The notes under the pieces were generated by a model that saw nothing but the letters and a program-made list of their open reading frames with translations, had not been told where the DNA came from and made no database searches. From a virus (Duplodnaviria; Caudoviricetes), in the IMG/VR virus record IMGVR_UViG_3300027819_000023, positions 1 to 42,877 of that record: a stretch of 42,877 nt of DNA, one strand, 5' to 3'. Of the stretch, positions 34,162 through 42,877 are shown piece after piece. Numbering within the stretch: the first letter of the stretch is position 1; every line of letters starts with the position of its first letter. The translations under genes were made by a program, and so were the position numbers.

Positions 34162-35147
34162 TGAGAGATATTCCAAGAGATATTACAGATAAGAAAGATG
34201 TGGAAAGTTGGTTTAGGGCATTGCGTGATAATGCCATTGCTGTGACTTCTCACAAGGAATTATCTGATGTTGAAGAGGTTGACGATTCTTCTACTGATTC
34301 TTCTAAGACTAAGCATGTGTCTAATTATAATATGAAGAAGATTTCCGACCACATGGATGATGCAAGTAAACATTTGAATCAACAACTTACAGGCGGTTCT
34401 AATTATTTGAGTACAATAACGGCAACTGCCCCTGTTGCGGTTTCCGGTAGCGGAACATCTAGAGACATAAATATTAGTGCGCATGTAGACGGTCTTGACC
34501 CACATGATGTATATCAGAAAGAATCTGAAAAGGGTGCGGCCAGTGGATATGCTTCATTAAATGCATCATCTTTGGTAAGTGAAAATCCTGCAAACGCAAC
34601 CGCTACACCTACGGCAAGCAAAATACCTATTGCTGATGGGAGTGGTAAGCTTGATGGATGGATAACGGCAGCTACGGCATACACGGGTGGGAATAATATT
34701 GTAATATCAGGGACAGACATACATCAAGCTTTAGAATTCGGGGCATCTGCTTATCGGGCTGGATTTATAACCGTAACGACTTCAACATGGACAAAAATAA
34801 CTTTAGATAGCCTTACCGCAAGTTATTTAGATAATGATTTTGATCCGCTTACAAACAATGATTACCTTGCCCCAATAGCTGGCAATTATCATGTTGATAT
34901 TCTGGGGGGTATTGTATCTCTTGCTGACGGGGCAGAAGTACGCGTTGCTATTTATGTTAATGGTACAATTGTAAGTTATAATAATGCTTATTCTCCGAAT
35001 GCTGCGGCTTCCCCGCGGGTATTAATAAGCAAAGATTTAAAATTAGCAGCAAATGACCATGTAGAAGGTTATATTTGGCACGATCACGGTAGTAATAGAA
35101 ATACGATTACAGATGCAATGTATATGACAATCCATTTTATTGGATAA
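34161..35147 (+). CDS. Tail fibre/needle protein with C1q/TNF-like C-terminal domain
   Basis: H....DPH..Y, KGAASGYASL; Y.APIAGNY, L.LAANDHVE. Confidence 0.6.
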   Translation: MRDIPRDITDKKDVESWFRALRDNAIAVTSHKELSDVEEVDDSSTDSSKTKHVSNYNMKKISDHMDDASKHLNQQLTGGSNYLSTITATAPVAVSGSGTSRDINISAHVDGLDPHDVYQKESEKGAASGYASLNASSLVSENPANATATPTASKIPIADGSGKLDGWITAATAYTGGNNIVISGTDIHQALEFGASAYRAGFITVTTSTWTKITLDSLTASYLDNDFDPLTNNDYLAPIAGNYHVDILGGIVSLADGAEVRVAIYVNGTIVSYNNAYSPNAAASPRVLISKDLKLAANDHVEGYIWHDHGSNRNTITDAMYMTIHFIG

Positions 35148-35159
35148 GGAGTACAGAAT

Positions 35160-35909
35160 ATGTTTGGTGTTATAGGTTCGATGTTAGGTGCTGCTGCTGC
35201 TAAAAAGGGACTGTCATCGGCAGAAGACATTTATGATGAATATGGTAATCTGATTTCATCTGGGATTGAAGATGTAACGAAAAAAGGGACAAAAGCATAT
35301 AGGGAACAATACGATAAAGCGATCGGTATGTATGAACCCTATAGGAAATTAGGGTTAGATTTACTTGACCAATATAAAGATACATTAACACCAGGTTCAA
35401 AATGGTATCAATGGAGAGTAAAGGAAGGGGAGAAGGCTGTAAATAGAAAGATGGCATCTCTTGGGTTGTATGGCTCAGGAGAGGCATCTACAGAAGCATT
35501 GCAACGTATGAACACCCAATTGTCCGCGGAAGAAGAGCAATCTGTATTCGATAGGCTTTATGGTGGAGTAAGTCTTGGCTATGGAGCTACTGGTGCATCG
35601 GCTGGATTAAGAACACAGAAAGTCGGACAAGTGACTGGATTAAAGACATGGGGAACATCGAATCTTAACAATTTGTATACGTGGTTGGCTGAAAAGAAGG
35701 CGGCATTGGCACAAGAAAAGGGTATGCAAACGGCTGGATTATATAGCGGGATAGGTAATACTATAGATCAAGGTATAATGACAGGGCTTACATTAGGCAT
35801 GGGTGGAGGTGCTGGTGGTGCAGCGGGAGCAGCCGCTGGGAGTCGTGTTGCAAGTAGTGTTCCGAGTAGTTTAACCCCTAATTCTCTTTACAATTATAAA
35901 TTTAACTGA
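35160..35909 (+). CDS. DNA ejection protein (P22 gp7-like)
   Basis: G/A-rich termini, EPYR..G, TPG..YQ.R..EG.KAV..ASLGLYGSG. Confidence 0.75.
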   Translation: MFGVIGSMLGAAAAKKGLSSAEDIYDEYGNLISSGIEDVTKKGTKAYREQYDKAIGMYEPYRKLGLDLLDQYKDTLTPGSKWYQWRVKEGEKAVNRKMASLGLYGSGEASTEALQRMNTQLSAEEEQSVFDRLYGGVSLGYGATGASAGLRTQKVGQVTGLKTWGTSNLNNLYTWLAEKKAALAQEKGMQTAGLYSGIGNTIDQGIMTGLTLGMGGGAGGAAGAAAGSRVASSVPSSLTPNSLYNYKFN

Positions 35910-35916
35910 GGTTAAT

Positions 35917-37164
35917 ATGCCAATATCAGCAGGTTCTTTATACGATTATTATAATCCATTCTCCGGTACACAGAGGAACATTGCCAATTTTGCCGATTTG
36001 TATGAGCGTAAAAAGCAAAGAGGAATGCAAGAAAAAGAATTAGGATTGCGTGAGCGTGGATTAGGTTTAGAAGAGAAGCGATTTGGACTTGCAGAAAAAC
36101 AAGAGGGCAGGCTTGGGCAATCGCAAGGTTTAGAAGATGAATATAAAAGAATGATTATAGGTAGAGAAACTGAAGAATTAAAGATGAAGCAGGATTTAAT
36201 GAACGATCCTGGGACTAGAATCAAAATTATGTCAACTGCAATGAAAGAAGCCTTTGCAACAGGCGGTAAGAAATTAGCTGAGAGTACATTAAAAGCATTC
36301 CAGGGTAATCCTAAATATGAACCCGATGTTAGAGGCTATACAATTGATGATTTTCAATTTACCAAAGGCGGCGGTATGTACGCTCCAATCATAACCACAG
36401 AAGGGGAAAGACTCGAAGGTCAATATGCATTTGTTGACCCTCAAGGTGAAATGCACACATTGGATATGAGGGAAAAAGATGGTAGTAAGCCTTCGTCTCA
36501 GCAAGAATATGAATATTCCAAGAATTTACCAGAAGATGAAAAGGCACAATTTGAGAAATTTGCAACATCTGGAAGAAGCGGAGATATTATAAGTAAATCT
36601 CAAACAGCTACTATTGCGCATAATATAAGGCAAGAACTAAGACAAAATCCCTACATTAAAGACTTCCAAGATGTTGACCAGAAATATACTGTAATGCAGA
36701 AAGCTTTAGAATCAGCTAAGACTGCAAAAAGTTTTATTGCTGTAGATCAGGCATTAATCACATTGTTTAATAAAATGACTGACCCTCAATCTGTAGTTAG
36801 AGAAAGTGAATATGCCAGAACGCCACAAAATATGTCCTTAATAAGCCGTATAAAAGGCAAAGCTGAAAAGATTATGTCTGGTGGTGCGGGACTAACATCT
36901 GAAGAACGTACTGCTTTGACTGATATGGCAGCCAAGTTTCACGAAGTGTATCAATCTAATTATGATAATGCAATTACAGATTATACCGATTTGGCCAAGA
37001 ATACTGGCATACCGCCTGAATTAATAGGGATACCATTTCAAAGAAAAGAAAATAAATCAAAAGGCAAATTAACAGTTGAACAGGCAAGAGAATATTTAAA
37101 ACAATCTAGTGGTGATAGGAAAAAAGCAGAAGAGTTAGCAAAAACAGAGGGATGGTCATTTTAA
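35917..37164 (+). CDS. Internal virion/ejection protein (gp20-like position)
   Basis: Helical; KMTDPQSVVRESEY motif; position. Confidence 0.6.
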   Translation: MPISAGSLYDYYNPFSGTQRNIANFADLYERKKQRGMQEKELGLRERGLGLEEKRFGLAEKQEGRLGQSQGLEDEYKRMIIGRETEELKMKQDLMNDPGTRIKIMSTAMKEAFATGGKKLAESTLKAFQGNPKYEPDVRGYTIDDFQFTKGGGMYAPIITTEGERLEGQYAFVDPQGEMHTLDMREKDGSKPSSQQEYEYSKNLPEDEKAQFEKFATSGRSGDIISKSQTATIAHNIRQELRQNPYIKDFQDVDQKYTVMQKALESAKTAKSFIAVDQALITLFNKMTDPQSVVRESEYARTPQNMSLISRIKGKAEKIMSGGAGLTSEERTALTDMAAKFHEVYQSNYDNAITDYTDLAKNTGIPPELIGIPFQRKENKSKGKLTVEQAREYLKQSSGDRKKAEELAKTEGWSF

Positions 37165-39542
37165 TGGGCGTATTTGACGAAGCAGAAAAAAGCCTAAGTG
37201 TCTTTGATATTGCGGAAAGCCAAGTGGCCACCATAGAGAGACCGCCGGAATTGGAAGAAAAATCTTCTGGCTTTAAATCTACTATTGAGCAAATAGAAAA
37301 ACCAATGGTAGATTTAAGCAAATTGCCTGGTAGTAATATTGCAAGGAAAACACAAGAGCTTGGCACAGAAATGCTTTTGGGTGTCGGTGGTGCTGCAATA
37401 GGTACTGCGGTCGCCCCGGGTGTTGGAACATTATTAGGCGCCGGCGCTGGCTATGCTCTTGGTAAGAGATTAAATGAAATTGGACGTGGAGAAGAAAAAG
37501 ATATAGGTAAAAGCTTTATAGATGCTGCTAAAGATGTTGCTTGGGGTGCTACGTTTGAAGGTGTTGGACAATTAGCAGGTAAGGGAATAGGAAAAGTAAC
37601 AGGATTATACAAAAATAGAGTTAATAAGGAATTTGTTCAACAGGCAAAAGAATTAGGCATAAAGCCAACGCCTGATGATATTACAAAATCAAAGACGTTG
37701 GCGATGTTCGAGACTAACTTGAGGCGTTTCTATGGTAGCGGGCAATTGTTTTATAAAGAAGATATTGAGAATACACAGAAGTTGATTGACCAATACAAAA
37801 ATGCAATTGCATCAGGTAAAGGTGCTTCCTCAATAGAAGAGCTTGGTAACGCTATTAAAAATAATGTAGACGATTATGTAACAAGGATTGAAAGTTTGAG
37901 GGGTAGATTCTTAAATCAAGCAAGGAATACAATCTTGAAGGATTTAGGTTCGCCGGATACCTACGAAACACTTGGAAGTAAATTCCACGAAGCCACAAAA
38001 GATGAGTCTCAGGCATTGGGCAAAATCGTTAAAGATAGATATGAAGAAGTAAAAGGTTTGATTAATTCTGCAATTCCACAAGAAAAACAGAATATTCCAT
38101 TAATAGAAACCAAAAAGGTAGCAGAAAAATATATAAAGGAATTAAGTAAAACTCCTGTACTTGCTGGTAAGTACAAAGGAATCATTAATGATTTAAAAGA
38201 AATTTTAAATGATACAATTGATATACCTGCACAATATAATAGACCTCTGGGACTTAGCGGGGAAACATCCGAAGCCTATAACGAAATATTTGGAAATATT
38301 ATAAAAAAACCTATCAAAAAAGATTGGGAATCGGTTGAATTAATGAGGCGATTATATAGAGATACAGCAGTAAAAGTTGATGAAGCATTTCAGGCTGCAA
38401 CTCCTGGCATAAAGGGGCAAATTAAAGAAGGCAAAAGTCTTGAGTCTTTAATTTATAGTAGGCTGAAAAATGCAATACAAACAGATCAAACAGCTTATAC
38501 CGAATTACTAGGGAAAGGTATTCAATCTAAATATGAAATAGCAAAGAAAACTGCACAAACATTAAAAACAACTTATGGGAATCCAGAAATAATAAAACTT
38601 GTTCAGTCTCATCCGGGAGAAATAATTGATGAAATATTAAAACCTTCTGGCTATGCAGAAATTGAAGCAGTAAAGAAAGCCATAGGGCAGTCAAATTTTG
38701 ATAAAATCATAAAACCTGGGATTACAAATAAATTGTTAGGCATAGGCAAAAATGAGATATTTGACCCGAATTATACCAGCAAGCAAATGTCTAATTTAAA
38801 CAAACAATTATTGAATAAAATCTATACCCCAACTGAATTAAAAACCATTACAGACATTGCCAAGAAGGGGATTGATTTTGCAAATAAACCTTTATATCCT
38901 TCATTCTTAAAACAAATTGCAGAATCAGGGAAAGAATCTGCTTATGGTATTGCCAAAAATGCCTTTGCTCAAGACGGTAAATATTTAACACGGAATTTAT
39001 CTACAATCTATAAATTGTCCGACCAATCAGCAAGAGACGAGCTTAAATATCAAATAACAGTTCAATTATTTACAGCAAAGCAACCATCGGGAGCAATTGA
39101 CCCCATGTCTATAGGGTCGAGAGAGCCTAAATTACTTGGATTTAGTGGTAAGGCATTTAGAAAGCAAGTAGATAAATTCTATCCATTATTGAAACAATTT
39201 GGTTATTCAACTGAGGATATAGGATTGTTGAAGAAAATTGCAAATGTTGCAGAGAACTTAAAAGGGGCAGAAAAGGTAGCGGGTAATCCAAGCGGTACAG
39301 GACAGGCAATGGCTACGCAGGCACAACTAGGCGTAGCATTAAGCCTAGTGTTCTCTGGGCATCCAATAGCTGCTGGTGCTGTAGCTGGCGCTCCCTATTT
39401 ACTTGCTAAGGCTTACTTATCACCAATGGGTAGAAGATTGCTAACAGAGGGATTAAAAATACCTACGGGAACACCACAAGCTACAGAATGGCTTACCAAA
39501 ATGATGACTTATTCAGCAGCTAATAATTTTACTGAGGAATAA
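37164..39542 (+). CDS. Large ejection protein (gp16-like position)
   Basis: Gly-zipper hydrophobic segments, NPSGTG motif near the C-terminus; start MGVFDE. Confidence 0.65.
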   Translation: MGVFDEAEKSLSVFDIAESQVATIERPPELEEKSSGFKSTIEQIEKPMVDLSKLPGSNIARKTQELGTEMLLGVGGAAIGTAVAPGVGTLLGAGAGYALGKRLNEIGRGEEKDIGKSFIDAAKDVAWGATFEGVGQLAGKGIGKVTGLYKNRVNKEFVQQAKELGIKPTPDDITKSKTLAMFETNLRRFYGSGQLFYKEDIENTQKLIDQYKNAIASGKGASSIEELGNAIKNNVDDYVTRIESLRGRFLNQARNTILKDLGSPDTYETLGSKFHEATKDESQALGKIVKDRYEEVKGLINSAIPQEKQNIPLIETKKVAEKYIKELSKTPVLAGKYKGIINDLKEILNDTIDIPAQYNRPLGLSGETSEAYNEIFGNIIKKPIKKDWESVELMRRLYRDTAVKVDEAFQAATPGIKGQIKEGKSLESLIYSRLKNAIQTDQTAYTELLGKGIQSKYEIAKKTAQTLKTTYGNPEIIKLVQSHPGEIIDEILKPSGYAEIEAVKKAIGQSNFDKIIKPGITNKLLGIGKNEIFDPNYTSKQMSNLNKQLLNKIYTPTELKTITDIAKKGIDFANKPLYPSFLKQIAESGKESAYGIAKNAFAQDGKYLTRNLSTIYKLSDQSARDELKYQITVQLFTAKQPSGAIDPMSIGSREPKLLGFSGKAFRKQVDKFYPLLKQFGYSTEDIGLLKKIANVAENLKGAEKVAGNPSGTGQAMATQAQLGVALSLVFSGHPIAAGAVAGAPYLLAKAYLSPMGRRLLTEGLKIPTGTPQATEWLTKMMTYSAANNFTEE

Positions 39543-39544
39543 AT

Positions 39545-42469
39545 ATGAAATATTTAATTATACCATTAACAATCTTTTTTTCTTCATATTTGAATGCAGC
39601 CGAATTTATACCGAAAAAGCTAAGTCAAATGACTGATGATTTAGGAATTGGTACGCATACGGCTGATACAAGTGATCCGCACGGAGCTACTGCAACACAA
39701 ACCAACCTAACCGTTGGAAGTTTAACCGTAACAGGCTCATTGGGTTTGGGTACGGTTACCCTATCTGGATATATGGCCGACAATGGTGGTTCGGCTACTT
39801 CGGCAAGACTAACATCGGTTCAAATAAATTCTGGTACTGGAACGTTATCAGCGGCGACAATTGCGGGAGTTTCAGCTCCATATCCAGCGCAAAATTCTGG
39901 CACTTGCACTGGATTAACTGCAAACAATACTAAATTAAGCGGGAATACCGCAATAGGAACAACTACTGCTGCGACAGATGTGGTTGATATTGATTTAGGT
40001 TCTGGTAATATGTTAATACAGTCTTCTTCTGGTTATCCTCAAACACAAGAAATACGTGGGGGTGCTGCGGCTGATGGTAATTTACTTGCCACTAAAATTT
40101 ATCAAGGAAAAGATAGCGCAGGTAATTCAACAAACTATGCGGGCATTTATAGTGTTTCAAGTAACGTAACAAATGGAAGCGAACAAGGTACTTTAGATTT
40201 CTATCTTTCAGATGCAGGTTCTTACGCTTTAAGAGGGCGTTGGAAAGGCTTAAATTTAGGTATAGGTACGTCTACACCACAAACAAAATTGCATGTTAAT
40301 GGCGATATTTCAATTCAAACATCAGGTTATTTGAATTTTGCCCCTAATACTGGAACAGCATCGAGTGGTTATGGAATTAGAGATAATGCAGGGACTATGC
40401 AATACAAAGGCAATGCAGGTACATGGACGGATATTCCATCAGGGGCAAGCGGTGGGGGTTTTATAGATAATGGAACAAATATTACTGAAACCACAGTAGC
40501 CGACCAAGTTCTTATAGGGACGACATCGGTTAATAATCGTCAATTTAATTGCGTTGGATCATCTACATTTTATGGCCAGGTTGCGATAGGTTCAAATACT
40601 ACTATAGTGAGTGGTTTGAATAGCACTTTGTTGGAATTGGTTCTTGGAGATAATGATACAGGCTTTAAATGGCTACAAGATGGAGATTTTGCGTTATATG
40701 GCAATGGAGATGAACAAATAAAAATTGATGGCAATGCCGATAAGGTATTAATAGGAACTACTACTTCTGGAACACGATTAAATGTTGGGGGCACGGTAAC
40801 GGCTGGTGGATTTAGTGGAAATGGTGCGGGATTGACCAATTTGCCTTCACAGGCTTTCTCACAAGTCACGGGTTCTGCCACAGCATCTCAATTGCCTCTA
40901 ATTTCAGGGTTGATTGGTTCTGCCACAGCATCTCAATTGCCTCTAATTTCAGGGTTGATTGGTTCTGCAACAGCATCTCAATTGCCAACGGTTATTAGAT
41001 TACCGGCAACAACTACAGCGCAAGCAGCAGGGGATTATGGACAACTCTATGTTAATAGTAGTAATGCAACCTCTGGTTATGAGTCTATTGTACTATTACT
41101 CCACATGAATAATCCTGGAGGTTCGGGAACGACTTTTGTGGATTCGTCTCCGAGTTCACATACTATAACCACAAGTGGAGATGCTGTAGGCACAAGTACG
41201 AGTAAATTCGGGAGTGGCGCAGGATATTTTGCTGGAACAGGGGACTACTTAACTGGTACAGATAGTGCTATCTTGGAATTTGCGGCAGGCGACTTTACCA
41301 TAGATTATTGGATTAAGTTTCTAGACACGGCTACTGGGGCACATGTATCACATTGGGACATATCTAGCACAGGATGGGAAATGTACTGGGGTGGCAATGT
41401 ATTAACATTTATATTCAATAGTGGTACACAGGTTGATAGATCGTGGACACCTACTTTAAATACTTGGTATCACGTAGAAATAGACAGAAGCGGAGCAAAT
41501 CTATATGATTTTATAGATGGTACGCAATTGGGCGCTACTTACAATATAGGCACAACATCTATAGCTGATAGCGCGGTAGGCATCGGGATAGCCGCTAGAA
41601 CTACTGGGGGTATTCCTGCAAATATTGTTATGGATGAGTTATGTATTTCCAAAGGAGTTGCTAGACATACTGGGAATTTCACCCCGCCGACAGCTGAATA
41701 CTCAAGTAATTATACACAGTATAACGCTATTTACAAGAATCCCGTTGCTGGAACAGATATGATTCTTCTACAATCCCCAGGAACTGCAACTACGGAGAAA
41801 TCATACATTTTAAATAATGCGACAATGACAGCATTTGGCTACGGAACAACAACAGGATTGCTTAATACATCAACTGTGTATTCTGCCGAGGCTAAGTATG
41901 GTGTAGCGGCTACCGTATTTGGGATAAAATCTGTGGATAAAATTAAGGGACATAAAACTAGATTTGTGAATAGTGTTCTAAGCAAAGTAAGAGGCATAAA
42001 TCTATGGGAATGGGATTTAATAGTTAGAAATACCAATGGGCTTGACGCAGAAGCACAAGCAAAATCTACCTATATTGATAGCAAAAAAGATGATTGGCTT
42101 GCCCTTAATAGAAATAAGTATATTGTATCCTCTAAAGAGACAGGGACGGGAACTGTGAATACTTACGACAAAGAGGCAATGAGTAAGGATTATAAAACTT
42201 ATGTCGAGCTTGAGTGGGCATCTGATTTAGAACAGCCAGATTTGGTTGACGCAGAGAAGGAAAATATGGATGTTGATTATGGTCAACATTTGCATGGGTT
42301 CAGGGTAAGTGACCCTACAACGCCGAAAGAGATCATAGTATCTGATGGAAGTGGCATTAGCATGATGGATGCGATAGCCATAAGCTATAAAGCCATCCAA
42401 GAGTTAGATGCTATTGTACAATTGCAGAAAACAGAGATCGACGAATTAAGGGTGTTAGTAAATCCTTAA
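39545..42469 (+). CDS. Tail fibre with signal peptide, LamG/ConA-like domain and S74-like C-terminal chaperone
   Basis: MKYLIIPLTIFFSSYLNA; NLGIGTSTPQTKLHVNG; LLLHMN..SKFG..DFTIDYW..ISKGVAR..NFTPPT; KAIQEL coiled coil. Confidence 0.85.
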   Translation: MKYLIIPLTIFFSSYLNAAEFIPKKLSQMTDDLGIGTHTADTSDPHGATATQTNLTVGSLTVTGSLGLGTVTLSGYMADNGGSATSARLTSVQINSGTGTLSAATIAGVSAPYPAQNSGTCTGLTANNTKLSGNTAIGTTTAATDVVDIDLGSGNMLIQSSSGYPQTQEIRGGAAADGNLLATKIYQGKDSAGNSTNYAGIYSVSSNVTNGSEQGTLDFYLSDAGSYALRGRWKGLNLGIGTSTPQTKLHVNGDISIQTSGYLNFAPNTGTASSGYGIRDNAGTMQYKGNAGTWTDIPSGASGGGFIDNGTNITETTVADQVLIGTTSVNNRQFNCVGSSTFYGQVAIGSNTTIVSGLNSTLLELVLGDNDTGFKWLQDGDFALYGNGDEQIKIDGNADKVLIGTTTSGTRLNVGGTVTAGGFSGNGAGLTNLPSQAFSQVTGSATASQLPLISGLIGSATASQLPLISGLIGSATASQLPTVIRLPATTTAQAAGDYGQLYVNSSNATSGYESIVLLLHMNNPGGSGTTFVDSSPSSHTITTSGDAVGTSTSKFGSGAGYFAGTGDYLTGTDSAILEFAAGDFTIDYWIKFLDTATGAHVSHWDISSTGWEMYWGGNVLTFIFNSGTQVDRSWTPTLNTWYHVEIDRSGANLYDFIDGTQLGATYNIGTTSIADSAVGIGIAARTTGGIPANIVMDELCISKGVARHTGNFTPPTAEYSSNYTQYNAIYKNPVAGTDMILLQSPGTATTEKSYILNNATMTAFGYGTTTGLLNTSTVYSAEAKYGVAATVFGIKSVDKIKGHKTRFVNSVLSKVRGINLWEWDLIVRNTNGLDAEAQAKSTYIDSKKDDWLALNRNKYIVSSKETGTGTVNTYDKEAMSKDYKTYVELEWASDLEQPDLVDAEKENMDVDYGQHLHGFRVSDPTTPKEIIVSDGSGISMMDAIAISYKAIQELDAIVQLQKTEIDELRVLVNP
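40871..40986 (+). repeat. 45-bp tandem repeat (2.6 copies) in the tail fibre
   Basis: GGTTCTGCCACAGCATCTCAATTGCCTCTAATTTCAGGGTTGATT x2 plus a partial copy. Confidence 0.95.
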
Positions 42470-42476
42470 AAATTAA

Positions 42477-42505
42477 TTGACAATTAAACATTTTTATGCT
42501 ATTAA
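42477..42505 (+). promoter_or_regulatory. Possible sigma70 promoter
   Basis: TTGACA-17 nt-TATTAA with extended TG. Confidence 0.5.
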
Positions 42506-42511
42506 AATAAC

Positions 42512-42631
42512 ATGTATCTTCTTCTATTTCCTGTTTATCTGATTCTTGGAGTCTTTGCATTAATACCAATAATATATTATTTTACAATTGACATTTTTGT
42601 GCCGCCTCCCGAAGCGGCTGATGATGTGTAG
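42512..42631 (+). CDS. Small membrane peptide (39 aa)
   Basis: MYLLLFPVYLILGVFALIPIIYYFTIDIFVPPPEAADDV; no SD. Confidence 0.45.
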   Translation: MYLLLFPVYLILGVFALIPIIYYFTIDIFVPPPEAADDV

Positions 42632-42667
42632 CGTATAGGCTTTTTCCTTTTCAACTATACGCTACAC
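42626..42667. terminator. Hairpin with perfect 13-bp stem
   Basis: GTGTAGCGTATAG/CTATACGCTACAC. Confidence 0.55.
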
Positions 42668-42693
42668 TATATTTTATTAAGGAGTAATATATA

Positions 42694-42783
42694 ATGCAAT
42701 GGCTTCCTATATTTCCGTTTGTGATAATAGCAGTTTGTGTAGGTGGTATTACCTACTGTATGTGGCATTTGCCACCAAATTAA
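42694..42783 (+). CDS. Small membrane peptide (29 aa)
   Basis: AAGGAG RBS; MQWLPIFPFVIIAVCVGGITYCMWHLPPN. Confidence 0.5.
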   Translation: MQWLPIFPFVIIAVCVGGITYCMWHLPPN

Positions 42784-42792
42784 GGAGTAAAT

Positions 42793-42877
42793 ATGAATAA
42801 ATTATTTGAATTCTTGCAAGAAAACAATGGTAATCTAAGCACGGCAAGATTAATTCCTGTAGTTATTACTGCTGCCG
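42793..42877 (+). CDS. Holin-like membrane protein, truncated by window end
   Basis: AAGGAG RBS; EFLQENNGNLSTARLI (S..R preceding a TM helix). Confidence 0.5.
   Translation, partial: MNKLFEFLQENNGNLSTARLIPVVITAA

Noticed and set aside
39545-42469. Possible diversity-generating retroelement target
   Set aside because: No reverse transcriptase, and no TR/VR pair differing at adenines was seen
1-42877. Stop-codon reassignment
   Set aside because: Core genes (terL, portal, MCP, primase) are full length in the standard code, and TAA, TAG and TGA are all used as stops

Overview
Near-complete genome (or most of one) of a tailed dsDNA bacteriophage with a P22-like podovirus virion module. The sequence is AT-rich and reads in the standard genetic code. 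Layout: (i) a leftward DNA-metabolism operon at 1-6057 (DUF1064-type nuclease, PD-(D/E)XK exonuclease, Pol-beta/CCA-type nucleotidyltransferase, putative annealing protein); (ii) divergent promoters, then an MmcB-like nuclease and a Prim-Pol/helicase carrying an iteron-like array; (iii) a cluster of small accessory genes at 9.2-12.6 kb; (iv) candidate TerS, a G-run pac-like region, a degenerate HNH, a metzincin protease and TerL; (v) portal, GroES, scaffold, capsid, adaptor, tailspike, gp10-like nozzle, three ejection proteins, an S74-chaperoned tail fibre and the start of a holin-like gene. I found no integrase, tRNA, CRISPR array or reverse transcriptase. Most unusual features: four external virion proteins each begin with a Sec-type signal peptide; an unrecognised ~50-aa domain (FDxGxHKxD...YxDGCxLxY...WxxYxH) occurs in three dispersed genes; many intergenic spacers contain long closed RNA structures, including a kissing-loop leader before the primase and a promoter-driven ~135-nt ncRNA candidate. 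All family calls come from motif recognition by eye, without database searches.
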